A DNA stretch of 64,000 nucleotides from Vulcanimicrobiota bacterium (lineage in GTDB: Bacteria > Vulcanimicrobiota > Xenobia > Xenobiales > JADMJV01). The stretch lies in contig JBFWNU010000005.1 in the NCBI GenBank assembly GCA_050250895.1, positions 547,396 through 611,395 on the forward strand, in the 5' to 3' direction. Of the stretch, positions 1-8,620 are shown piece after piece (the stretch's first letter is position 1; each line of letters starts with the position of its first letter). The translations under genes were made by a program, and so were the position numbers. The notes under the pieces were generated by a model. That model did no database searches. It saw nothing but the letters and a program-made list of their open reading frames with translations, and had not been told where the DNA came from.

Positions 1-1
1 A

Positions 2-430
2 GGCTACATCCTGGACGGCTTTCCCCGCTCGCGGGGTCAGGCCGAGGCCCTCGACGAGTTTCTCAAGCGGCATCATCAAGAACTCACCGGCGCTCTGTTG
101 CTGACCCTCGATGACGATATCATCGTACGCCGCCTGTCCAATCGGCGGGTGTGCCCCGAGTGCGGTCGCGTCTATCACCTCATCAACAACAAGCCGCGCA
201 CCGCGGATCGTTGTGACGAGTACAAGTGCCGGGCTACTCTAATCCAGCGCGAAGACGACCGGGAAGAAGCCATTCGCACCCGGCTGCGCGTCTACGCCGA
301 GCAGACCCGTCCGGTCATCGACTACTATCGCGAGAAAGACATCCTCCACGAAGTCAACGCCGACCAGGAGATCCTGCGAGTCCAGATCGAAATCGAGCGT
401 TTCCTCGAGGGAAGGCCTGCCGCCCGATGA
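2..430 (+). CDS. adk: Adenylate kinase (5'-truncated by window edge)
   Basis: Frame from base 2 reads GYILDGFPR...RRLSNRRVCPECGRVYH (zinc LID)...QREDDREE; lies upstream of map. Confidence 0.97.
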   Translation, partial: GYILDGFPRSRGQAEALDEFLKRHHQELTGALLLTLDDDIIVRRLSNRRVCPECGRVYHLINNKPRTADRCDEYKCRATLIQREDDREEAIRTRLRVYAEQTRPVIDYYREKDILHEVNADQEILRVQIEIERFLEGRPAAR

Positions 431-696
431 CCCTCACCTCGGCCGACCTCACCCTGTCCCGTCCCAGGACAGGGCGCACCGCACTGTTCTGCCAGGCTCT
501 TCAGCCAAGGGCGGCTAGCTGCCGCCTGACCAGTCGCACCGCCCACCTGCGCCCCCTGACCAGCCGCGCAGCCGCCACCGCGCAAGCTACGCCCCTGACC
601 AGCCGTGCAGCCGCCACCGCGCAAGCCACGTCCCTGACCGACCGCGCAGTGGCTCAGGCCAGGCCCAAGCTCCTACGGCCAGGAGCGCCCCGATGA
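427..696 (+). CDS. Possible 89-aa low-complexity ORF bridging adk and map
   Basis: ATG427 overlaps the adk TGA (ATGA), and its own TGA overlaps the map ATG (ATGA); contains the 39-bp repeats. Confidence 0.35.
   Translation: MTLTSADLTLSRPRTGRTALFCQALQPRAASCRLTSRTAHLRPLTSRAAATAQATPLTSRAAATAQATSLTDRAVAQARPKLLRPGAPR
554..649. repeat. 39-bp tandem repeat, about 2.5 copies
   Basis: ccctgacc recurs at 554, 593 and 632; unit ccctgaccagccgYgcagccgccaccgcgcaagcYacgY. Confidence 0.9.
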
Positions 697-1442
697 TTCT
701 GCTCAAGTCCGAACGAGAAATTGCCCTCATCGACCATGCCGGCACCGTCCTCTACCAGGTGCTCCAGCTGGTCAATGAAGCCTGCCAGGTCGGCGTGCGC
801 ACTCGCGAACTCGATAAGCTGGCCGAAGACTTCATCCTCAAGAACGACTGCAAGCCCGCCTTCAAAGGCTACCAGGGCTTCCCGGCCACGCTGTGCATCT
901 CCATCAACGAAGAGGTCGTTCACGGCATCCCCAGCTCTCGCAAAGTCAAGGCCGGCGACCTGGTCAGCGTCGACTGCGGAGTCGTCTGGGAGGGTTACAT
1001 CGCCGACTCGGCCATCACCATCCCGGTGGGCGACATCCCCGAAAATCATCAAAAGTTGCTAGACGTCACCAAAGAGTCCCTTTATCTGGGCATCGAGCAA
1101 GCTCGCCTCGGCAATCATGTCCGAGACATCTCCAAGGCCGTCCAGGACTGCGTCGAAGCCGCTGGCTTCTCGGTGGTCCGCGAACTGGTCGGCCACGGAG
1201 TCGGCCGCGAGATGCACGAAGAGCCCCAGGTTCCCAACTATGCCACGCCTCAGCGCGGCCCCAAGTTGGAAGAGGGAATGGTGATCGCAATCGAGCCCAT
1301 GGTCAACCTCGGCGACTATCGAGTCCGGGTCAAGCGCGACAAGTGGACTATCGAAACCCTCGACCGAAAACCGTCGGCTCATTTCGAACACACGGTGGCC
1401 ATTACAAAGAATGGTCCCAGGATCTTGACGAACGCAACCTAA
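693..1442 (+). CDS. map: Type I methionine aminopeptidase
   Basis: CISINEEVVHGIP, DSAIT, GHGVG-MHEEP, AIEPM, SAHFEHTV motifs. Confidence 0.98.
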   Translation: MILLKSEREIALIDHAGTVLYQVLQLVNEACQVGVRTRELDKLAEDFILKNDCKPAFKGYQGFPATLCISINEEVVHGIPSSRKVKAGDLVSVDCGVVWEGYIADSAITIPVGDIPENHQKLLDVTKESLYLGIEQARLGNHVRDISKAVQDCVEAAGFSVVRELVGHGVGREMHEEPQVPNYATPQRGPKLEEGMVIAIEPMVNLGDYRVRVKRDKWTIETLDRKPSAHFEHTVAITKNGPRILTNAT

Positions 1443-1514
1443 GTACGTAGAATAGCCGGGTATCTTTTAGGGACACCCGCAAAACACAAGCAAAATAAGG
1501 AAAGCCAAGAACTC

Positions 1515-1745
1515 GTGGCCGACCCACCAGAACCCGAGCAGGAAGGAACCATCACGGAAATCCTTCCCAACTCCATGTTCCGGGTGAAGTTGGCCAAAGG
1601 CGAACTGGTGCTGGCCCACGTGGCCGGCAACCTGCGCAACCTGATGACGCGAGTTCTCATCGGCGACCGGGTTCGGGTAGAACTGTCTCGGTATCATCCG
1701 GGGCGGGGGCGAATCACGGACCACCAGCCGGGCCGACCCCGGTAG
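1515..1745 (+). CDS. infA: Translation initiation factor IF-1 (divergent)
   Basis: [17 protein letters not shown]...[12 protein letters not shown]; canonical position between map and rpmJ. Confidence 0.9.
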   Translation: MADPPEPEQEGTITEILPNSMFRVKLAKGELVLAHVAGNLRNLMTRVLIGDRVRVELSRYHPGRGRITDHQPGRPR

Positions 1746-1758
1746 AAGGAGGAGACGG

Positions 1759-1872
1759 ATGCAAGTCAGACCGTCGGTTAAAAAACGGTGCGAGAAGTGC
1801 CGCATCATCGTGCGCAAAGGACGGGTCCGCGTGATCTGTTCAAATCCTAAGCACAAGCAGATCCAGGGTTAG
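1759..1872 (+). CDS. rpmJ: 50S ribosomal protein L36 (not in the ORF track)
   Basis: [37 protein letters not shown] after an AGGAGG SD. Confidence 0.98.
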   Translation: MQVRPSVKKRCEKCRIIVRKGRVRVICSNPKHKQIQG

Positions 1873-1882
1873 GAAGAGAACA

Positions 1883-2254
1883 ATGGCTAGAATTTCAGGC
1901 GTAGACCTTCCGCGTGACAAGCGCGTCGTCGTTGGTCTGACCTATATCTTCGGTATCGGTCGAACCACCAGTGATCGCATCCTCGCGGCAACCGGCATCG
2001 ATCCCTCCACCCGCGTGCGTGCCCTGACCGAAGACGAAGTCTCGAAGCTGCGTGAGTACATCGAGAAACACGTCAAAGTCGAAGGTGACCTTCGTCGTGA
2101 AGTGACCCAGAACATCAAGCGGTTGATCGAAATCAACTGCTACCGTGGCATCCGCCACCGTCGTAGCCTGCCCGTTCGCGGTCAGCGCACCAAGACCAAT
2201 GCGCGCACTCGCAAAGGTCCCAAGCGCACCGTCGGACGTCGCAAGAAGGGCTAA
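1883..2254 (+). CDS. rpsM: 30S ribosomal protein S13
   Basis: [10 protein letters not shown]...[26 protein letters not shown]. Confidence 0.99.
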   Translation: MARISGVDLPRDKRVVVGLTYIFGIGRTTSDRILAATGIDPSTRVRALTEDEVSKLREYIEKHVKVEGDLRREVTQNIKRLIEINCYRGIRHRRSLPVRGQRTKTNARTRKGPKRTVGRRKKG

Positions 2255-2274
2255 ATTTTTGGAGGTAGTTCCCC

Positions 2275-2673
2275 ATGGCTAAGGGTAAAAAGAAAGTCAC
2301 CCGTACCAAAAAGAAGGTCACAAAGAACATCCCTCGCGGGGTGGCTCACATCCAGTCGACCTTTAACAACACCGTCGTTACCATCACCGATATGCAGGGG
2401 AACGCCGTTTCCTGGGCTTCGGCTGGCGGACAGGGCTTCCGCGGTTCGCGCAAGAGCACCCCGTTCGCGGCCGGCGTCGCCGCCGAGAAGGCTGCCCGCA
2501 GCGCGGGTGAGCACGGAATGCGCAGTCTGGAAGTGTACGTCAAAGGACCGGGTTCCGGTCGTGAGGCTGCCATCCGCTCGCTTCAGGCCGCTGGAATGGA
2601 CATCACCCTGATCCGTGACGTAACCCCCATCCCGCACAACGGCTGCCGCCCTCCCAAGCGGCGCCGCGTATAA
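2275..2673 (+). CDS. rpsK: 30S ribosomal protein S11
   Basis: [10 protein letters not shown]...RKSTPFAA...[18 protein letters not shown]. Confidence 0.99.
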   Translation: MAKGKKKVTRTKKKVTKNIPRGVAHIQSTFNNTVVTITDMQGNAVSWASAGGQGFRGSRKSTPFAAGVAAEKAARSAGEHGMRSLEVYVKGPGSGREAAIRSLQAAGMDITLIRDVTPIPHNGCRPPKRRRV

Positions 2674-2711
2674 CAAACTAGACACAGAGAGAGATCTCAG
2701 TAGGAGGAACC

Positions 2712-3341
2712 GTGGCCAGGTATACTGGACCGGTGTGCCGTCAGTGCCGCCGAGAAATGACCAAACTCTTCTTGAAGGGAGAGCGCTGCTTCACCAGCAA
2801 GTGCGCTATCGAGCGTCGTGCTTATCCTCCCGGACAACATGGACCGGGACGGCAGAAGAAGCTCTCCCAGTACGGCATCCAGCTGCGCGAAAAGCAGAAG
2901 CTGCGTCGCATCTATGGCGTCAACGAGCGGCAGTTCCGCACCTACTTCAAAAAGGCTGCCTCGCAGCCCGGCGTGTCGGGTGAGAACTTCCTGGCCCTGC
3001 TCGAGCGTCGTCTCGACAACGTGGTCTACCGTCTCGGTTTTGCCGCTTCGCGCGCTGGCGCTCGCCAGCTCGTGGCGCACGGCAACGTGGCCATCAACGG
3101 CAAGAAGGTCGACATCCCCTCCTACGTCGTGCGGCCCGGTGAAGAGGTGTCCGTGATGGAGCGCCACAAGAATAACCCCTTCATCGAGGAATCCGTCGGG
3201 CGGGCACGTATCCGTCAGATACCTCAGTGGCTCGAACTCGATGGCGACCAGCCCAAAGGCAAGGTCGACCACCTGCCTTCGCGCGCCGAGATCGACACCC
3301 TGGTCAACGAGCAGCTGATCGTCGAGTTCTACTCGAAGTAA
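2712..3341 (+). CDS. rpsD: 30S ribosomal protein S4
   Basis: [15 protein letters not shown]...[14 protein letters not shown]...LIVEFYSK. Confidence 0.99.
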   Translation: MARYTGPVCRQCRREMTKLFLKGERCFTSKCAIERRAYPPGQHGPGRQKKLSQYGIQLREKQKLRRIYGVNERQFRTYFKKAASQPGVSGENFLALLERRLDNVVYRLGFAASRAGARQLVAHGNVAINGKKVDIPSYVVRPGEEVSVMERHKNNPFIEESVGRARIRQIPQWLELDGDQPKGKVDHLPSRAEIDTLVNEQLIVEFYSK

Positions 3342-3364
3342 GCCTTTTAAGTTAGGAGCACGCA

Positions 3365-4318
3365 ATGCTAGACGCACTGCTACAAACAGCCACCACCGTC
3401 GAGGAAGAGATCGAGCCTCGCGTAACCGCGGTCTCCGACCACGCCTTCGTGGTCGAGCCCCTCGAGCGCGGCTTCGGCATCACCCTGGGCAACTCGCTCC
3501 GGCGGGTGCTGCTGTCGGCCCTCACCGGCGCCGCCATCACCCACGTTCGCATCGACGGCGTGCTGCATGAATTCACCACCCTTCCCGGCGTGCGTGAAGA
3601 CATCACCGAGATCATTCTCAACCTCAAGCGCCTCAATCTCAAGGTGACCACCAGCAAGCGCAAATTGCTGCGCCTGGAGGCCTCCGGCCCTGGCATCGTG
3701 ACCCCGGCCGACATCTTGCCCGACCCCGAAGTGCAGATCCTCAACCCCGAGTTGCACCTGGCCACCCTCGAAAAGGGCGCCCGCCTCGGAATGGACCTCT
3801 ACGTCACCCAGGGCGTCGGCTATGTGCCTGCCGAAAAACAGGGCGATCAAGAGCAGGTCATCGGCATCATCCCGATCGACTCCATCTTCAGCCCTATCGT
3901 GAAGGTCAACTACCTGGTCGAAGACACCCGCATCGGTCAGCGCACCGACTTCGACAAGCTGACCCTCCAGGTCTGGACCGATGGCAGCATCAAGCCGTAT
4001 GAAGCCATCTCCGAGGCCGCTCGCATCATGCAGACCTCGCTGTCGCTGTTCACCGAACTCGAGCCGCCCAGCAAGGCCGAGCACGAGCCGTCCGGCCCCG
4101 AGGCCGAACTCCTCGAGACTCCCATCGAAGACCTGCAACTTTCGGTGCGTTCGCTCAACTGCCTCAAGCGGGCCGGCATTCGCACCATCGGCGAGCTGCT
4201 CACCTATTCCGAAGAAGACGTGATGAAGCTCAAGAACTTCGGTCAAAAATCCCTCGACGAGATCAAAGACAAGCTGGTCGAGCGCAACCTGTCGCTCCAG
4301 CCCAGCACGCCCGACTAA
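3365..4318 (+). CDS. rpoA: RNA polymerase alpha subunit
   Basis: EPLERGFGITLGNSLRRVLLS, GVLHEF, LSVRSLNCLKRAGI, KNFGQKSL. Confidence 0.99.
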   Translation: MLDALLQTATTVEEEIEPRVTAVSDHAFVVEPLERGFGITLGNSLRRVLLSALTGAAITHVRIDGVLHEFTTLPGVREDITEIILNLKRLNLKVTTSKRKLLRLEASGPGIVTPADILPDPEVQILNPELHLATLEKGARLGMDLYVTQGVGYVPAEKQGDQEQVIGIIPIDSIFSPIVKVNYLVEDTRIGQRTDFDKLTLQVWTDGSIKPYEAISEAARIMQTSLSLFTELEPPSKAEHEPSGPEAELLETPIEDLQLSVRSLNCLKRAGIRTIGELLTYSEEDVMKLKNFGQKSLDEIKDKLVERNLSLQPSTPD

Positions 4319-4338
4319 GGCGGATAACGGAGGCAATC

Positions 4339-4794
4339 ATGAGACACAGAGTCAAATCCAGAACCTTAGGGCGTCCCCAGGGTCACCGCATCAGCATGCT
4401 GCGGAACATGGCCCGGTCGCTCATCCGCCATCGGCGCATCACCACCACCGAGGCTCGGGCCAAGGAGCTGTCCAGTTTCGTCGAGAAGCTGATCACCTCG
4501 GCCATCAAGGCCCACCAGGCCGATTCCCCGGCGGAGACCCTGGCTCACAAGCGCCGCGTCTTCACTCACCTGAAGACCAGCGTCTCTAACGCCAGCCGTC
4601 GGGCTCGCGGCATGAAGCGTCAGCGTCCCGACCGCGAGTTGGCCCAGCAGCTGTTCGACCACATCGCTCCGCTGTATGCCAAGGGCGGTTCACTCGAGCG
4701 CGACCAGGGCGGCTACACCCGCGTGATTCGCCTCTACCCGCGCAAAGGTGACGGAGCCTCCATGGCCCTCATCGAACTCGTGGGCGGTCAGTAA
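4339..4794 (+). CDS. rplQ: 50S ribosomal protein L17
   Basis: MRHRVKSRTLGR...ITTTEARAKE...GGYTRV...RKGDGASMALIELV. Confidence 0.98.
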   Translation: MRHRVKSRTLGRPQGHRISMLRNMARSLIRHRRITTTEARAKELSSFVEKLITSAIKAHQADSPAETLAHKRRVFTHLKTSVSNASRRARGMKRQRPDRELAQQLFDHIAPLYAKGGSLERDQGGYTRVIRLYPRKGDGASMALIELVGGQ

Positions 4795-4806
4795 CGACCG
4801 AACCTG

Positions 4807-4838
4807 AAAAAGCCCCGGCCGCAAGCCGGGGCTTTTTT
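4807..4838 (+). terminator. Intrinsic terminator (possibly bidirectional)
   Basis: AAAAAGCCCCGGC-CGCAA-GCCGGGGCTTTTTT directly after rplQ. Confidence 0.9.
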
Positions 4839-5025
4839 CATGTCCGCTGGCCGCCGTGGCGGGCCAAACTCCTCGCCAGTGGGGCGCGTCAGGAGGGCAC
4901 GGAAAGGGTGGTGGGGGCGTAAGCACGGAAGAGCAAACTCGCCCGAGTACGGCACCACCACGTGCCGAATCCGGCACCACCTGGTGCCGTACCGCCGCCA
5001 GCCTTCCTGGGTAGCAAACTCGCCG

Positions 5026-5110
5026 AGTGTGCGCCGCACAACCCGTATTTGTCGATGTACGGCGCAAGTGTGCGCCGCACAACCCGGATCGAGCAGTGTG
5101 CGCCGCACAA
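5026..5110. repeat. Three identical 16-bp palindromic sites AGTGTGCGCCGCACAA
   Basis: Copies at 5026-5041, 5067-5082 and 5095-5110; core TGTGCG-c-CGCACA is an inverted repeat. Confidence 0.85.
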
Positions 5111-5116
5111 TCTGGC

Positions 5117-5352
5117 GCAAGCCCGCCGCCCGCCGCCGCGCCAAGCCAGCCCGCCGCCCGCAAGCCTGCTGCTCGCCGCTCGCCCCAAGCCAGCCCGCCG
5201 CCCGCAAGCCCGCTGCTCGCCGCTCGCCCCGGCCAGCCCGCCGCCCGCAAGCCTGCTGCTCGCCGCCGCGCCAAGCCAGCTCGCCGCTCGCCCCAAGCCA
5301 GCCCGCCGCCGCGCCAAGCCACCCCGCCGCAAGCCCGGCCGCGCCAAGCCAA
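5117..5352. repeat. Degenerate 43-44-bp GC-rich tandem repeat
   Basis: Units start at 5149, 5193 and 5236 (gcccgccgcccgcaagccYgctgctcgccgc...agcca), with partial copies on both sides. Confidence 0.85.
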
Positions 5353-5357
5353 GCAGC

Positions 5358-6290
5358 CTAGCCGCGCCGCCTGGCCATCACCAGGCGCCGAGTCGCCAGC
5401 GTCGCCTCCACATCCACCAGGAAGACAGCACTGCTCGAGACGACCGCCATCACCTTGCCGTTCGGACTCAGCACAGTGTTCGAGGCACCCTCCAACCGCC
5501 CCAGCTCGTCCGCCCCGTGAAAGAGCACCACTCTAGGCGGCCCGCTGCGACCGCTCTGCGGCTCCACCGTGACCGGACTACCCGGAAAGCTCTGGCGACC
5601 CGTCGCCGCGTCGATGCCAGAGAGGTGCATGCCCAGGGCGGAGAGTCGGTGCAGATACTCTTGCGAGCCCAGAGCCTCCTCGTCGAGGGTCTCCAGCAGC
5701 CCGCCCCCGACCGGGTCAAAGACGCGCAGGCCCGCAAAACTCCGCACCAACAACTGGCCCGCCTCGCTCCAGCCGCATTGCACCCCCTGGCGCTCGACCT
5801 CGAAAGTCCGCAGCAACTTCTGCTGGGGCCAGCTGAAGACATAGCACTTCGGCTCGCCGGCCTCGCGCATGAAGCCCGTCCCCCAGGCCGCCAGCCTATC
5901 GCCCCGAGAGCTCCAGGCCACTCCATAGCCACCGCTATCCTGGCCTTTGGCCGGAGTCGGTCCCTGGTGCAGAAAGACCCGCTTCTTGTTAGCCAGGTCG
6001 AGCACCGCCAGCCGGCGTGGTCGTTCGCCCAGGGCCAGCAGCTTTCCGTCGGGGCTAAGCTCCGCCCCCAGAATGGCGAAATCGAGACGCTGGTGGGCCA
6101 CCAGTCGCTGGGTCGCCACCTCCCAGACATAGTAGTCCCGGCTCCCTTCGTCGAAGACCAGCAGCCGAGAACCGTCGCGAGAGAACGAAACAGAAGCAAA
6201 CTCCATCGTGGCGAAAGTCAGAGCCGGCTCCTGGGCCCAGCCGTCCGCCACCAGCAACACCGTCAACAAAGAGGCAAGAAAGATTCGCAT
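5358..6290 (-). CDS. Secreted WD40/beta-propeller protein
   Basis: Signal peptide MRIFLASLLTVLLVADGWA; FSRDGSRL, LSPDGKLLA, VAWSSRGDRLA, LSPNGKVMA repeats. Confidence 0.8.
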   Translation of the reverse strand: MRIFLASLLTVLLVADGWAQEPALTFATMEFASVSFSRDGSRLLVFDEGSRDYYVWEVATQRLVAHQRLDFAILGAELSPDGKLLALGERPRRLAVLDLANKKRVFLHQGPTPAKGQDSGGYGVAWSSRGDRLAAWGTGFMREAGEPKCYVFSWPQQKLLRTFEVERQGVQCGWSEAGQLLVRSFAGLRVFDPVGGGLLETLDEEALGSQEYLHRLSALGMHLSGIDAATGRQSFPGSPVTVEPQSGRSGPPRVVLFHGADELGRLEGASNTVLSPNGKVMAVVSSSAVFLVDVEATLATRRLVMARRRG

Positions 6291-6359
6291 CCCGGAGAAT
6301 TGGCTCTCGCCCGGTCGGGCCCTCCAGGTCCCGGGCCCACCCACTGAGAATCCCCGCTG

Positions 6360-7154
6360 ATGACCAGGCCCACCCTCTACCACATGGGAATCTCCTACTA
6401 CTCGATGATCGCCCGGCTGGTGCTGGCCGAGAAGGCAGTCGACTACGACTCCAAAGAACTCGACATCGAGGTGCGCTTCGACAATCTCTATCCCGACTAC
6501 GCCCGCATCCAGCCAAGAATGACCGTCCCCGCCATGGTCCACGGCGAGCACGTCCTCACCGGCAGCGACAGCATCCTCGACTACGTCGCCCGCCAACTAC
6601 CCGGTCCCGACCTCTATCCCAACCCCCAGGCCGAAGAATGGGTTCGCCGCCATTACGCCTTCGAGGTCGAGAACCTCACCATGGGACGCATCGCCAACGT
6701 CAATCCGTTATTACGCAAGCTCATGCTCAACAAACGCGAGAAGCAGCGTAAACTGTGTCTGAAGTTCGCCGCCGAAAACCCTGACCTCGAGCAACTCTAC
6801 CAGGCCAAAGCGCAAACGTTTGTGGCCAAGAGCCAGGGCCTCGAGGGCAACGCCCGTTACGAACAAGCGCTGCTCGAGGCCCGTCAACTACTTGACGAAC
6901 TCGAACAGCGCCTGAACACCGATCCTTACGTCGCCGGCCCGGAATACTCGGCGGCTGATGTCGTCTGGACCGTCTTTCTGGTGCGGCTCACCTTTCTGCG
7001 CAAGCCCGAAGAGATCAGCTCGCGGCCCGCCTTAGCCGGCTACTGGACGCGAGTCCAGGCCCGTCCCTCCTTCCAGGTCGCCGACATGTGGACCGCCCTC
7101 ACCCCGCGCCGGGTCGTCTCGCAGATCTGGCAGACCTTCCACAGCCGAAGCTAG
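6360..7154 (+). CDS. Glutathione S-transferase family protein (GDAP1-like)
   Basis: PTLYH..SYYS..ARLVLAEK, TVPAM, SDSILDY, YVAGPEYSAADV, ARPSF. Confidence 0.9.
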   Translation: MTRPTLYHMGISYYSMIARLVLAEKAVDYDSKELDIEVRFDNLYPDYARIQPRMTVPAMVHGEHVLTGSDSILDYVARQLPGPDLYPNPQAEEWVRRHYAFEVENLTMGRIANVNPLLRKLMLNKREKQRKLCLKFAAENPDLEQLYQAKAQTFVAKSQGLEGNARYEQALLEARQLLDELEQRLNTDPYVAGPEYSAADVVWTVFLVRLTFLRKPEEISSRPALAGYWTRVQARPSFQVADMWTALTPRRVVSQIWQTFHSRS

Positions 7155-7477
7155 AGGCGGCGACACTCCTCAGCACAGCGGCGGCAGGCTTCGGCGCACC
7201 GCTGGCAATGGTCATGCTCGTGAGCCTGGCACTGCTCGGCGCAGTAGTCGCACACCTCGGCGCACAACTGGCAAAGCTTGGCCATGAAGCGGCCCTCGCG
7301 AATCATTTCGTTTTCGGCCAGCCGGCAAAAATCAGCGCACTCGCGGCAGCAGGCCGGACAATCGTTGTCGCTGGGAGTCTTTTCCAGCATCGCGATCAGG
7401 TTGGCCTCGCAGGCCGCCACGCATTCGCGGCAGGCTTCGATACAGGTGTCGTATCGGCTTTTCAAGATAGTAGACAT
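7151..7477 (-). CDS. Four-helix-bundle copper storage protein (Csp3/DUF326-like)
   Basis: Cys-rich CxxxC/CxxC repeats, HEHDHCQRCAEACRRCAEEC; SD AAGGAG before ATG7477. Confidence 0.9.
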   Translation of the reverse strand: MSTILKSRYDTCIEACRECVAACEANLIAMLEKTPSDNDCPACCRECADFCRLAENEMIREGRFMAKLCQLCAEVCDYCAEQCQAHEHDHCQRCAEACRRCAEECRRL

Positions 7478-7619
7478 AGTAAGCTCCTTTCCGTCCGATC
7501 TTAGCCGCCCCGAACAAGAGGCGACGCGACTCACTCGGATAGCTGGCGGGCACTCTCGAGAGGTGATACCGCCCGGGGTCGGGCCGGACACTGCCAGAAC
7601 TGGGTCGGAGCAGCCAGGT

Positions 7620-8594
7620 CTAGTCTCGGCGCCGGCTCGGTTGCACCCTTCGCGGTTCCCCTTTGGCTTTGGGATGGTGCGGGGGTAGGGGAGCCTCCCC
7701 TTCCTGGTCGGCCAACTCCAGCAGGCTCTCCAATCGCCCTCGGGCGACCGTGTCCGGGTCGGGCACCAGCGGACCCAGCCGAGCAAATCGCTCAGGCACG
7801 GTGAATAGCGTCAACTCTTGCGGCTCCACCGTGGGCACCTCGTCCCACTGCAGGGGACACGACACCTGAGCCTGGGGATTCGGCCGCACCGAAAAGGCCG
7901 CTGCCAGCGTGCGGTCGCGGGCGTTCTGGTTGTAGTCGATGAACACTCCCTGACGCTCTTCCTTCCACCAGGCGCTGGTGGCCACGTCCGGCATCCGCCG
8001 CTCCACCTCGCGAGCCAGAGCCAGGGCCGCGTGGCGCACCTGGTCAAACGAGTAGCGTCGCTCGATGGGAACCAGGATGTGGATGCCCCGCGAGCCGGAA
8101 GTCTTCGGAAAGCCCTCCAAACCGTGCTCTTGCAAGACCTGGCGCACCATCAGGGCCACCTCGCGCACCTGCGAGAACGGCACTCCCGGTGTGGGATCGA
8201 GGTCGGCCCGCAGCTCGTCGGGATGGTCGATATCGTCCCAGCGCACCGGCCACGGATGAAGCTCCACGCAGCCGATATTCACCAACCAGGCCAGGGTGGC
8301 CGGGTGATGGCAGACGACTTCATCGGCGCTGCGTCCACTAGGAAAGCGAATCGTACAGGTTCTGACCCACTCCGGCCGACCCTTGGGAGCCCGCTTCTGA
8401 TAGAACGGCTCTTCGTCTATACCGCGAGGAAATCGCTTGAGGATCATCGGGCGTTCGCGCACCGCTCGCAGAGCCCCCTCGGCTACCTTCAGGTAATACT
8501 CCACCAGCTCCATTTTGGTGATACCCGCCTGGGGAAACACCAGGCGGTCGGGACTGGTGATGTTGACTTCGAGCCCGTCGACTAGCATTGGCAT
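7620..8594 (-). CDS. LigD-type primase-polymerase, stand-alone (Prim-PolC-like)
   Basis: KRFPRGI, FYQK, DELRADLDP, KTSGSRGIH, FIDYNQN..DRT motifs. Confidence 0.92.
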   Translation of the reverse strand: MPMLVDGLEVNITSPDRLVFPQAGITKMELVEYYLKVAEGALRAVRERPMILKRFPRGIDEEPFYQKRAPKGRPEWVRTCTIRFPSGRSADEVVCHHPATLAWLVNIGCVELHPWPVRWDDIDHPDELRADLDPTPGVPFSQVREVALMVRQVLQEHGLEGFPKTSGSRGIHILVPIERRYSFDQVRHAALALAREVERRMPDVATSAWWKEERQGVFIDYNQNARDRTLAAAFSVRPNPQAQVSCPLQWDEVPTVEPQELTLFTVPERFARLGPLVPDPDTVARGRLESLLELADQEGEAPLPPHHPKAKGEPRRVQPSRRRD

Positions 8595-8620
8595 CCTCCG
8601 ATTCCGGGTACAAGCATAGC

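Noticed and set aside
2697-4336. Long antisense ORFs opposite rpsD and rpoA
   Set aside because: Typical shadow ORFs of high-GC coding sequence
5026-5352. CRISPR array
   Set aside because: Repeats are 16 bp with unequal short gaps, or tandem without unique spacers; no cas genes
4690-5536. Several long Ala/Arg/Pro-rich ORFs over the repeat block
   Set aside because: Low-complexity translations of GC-rich tandem repeats with no SD or domain
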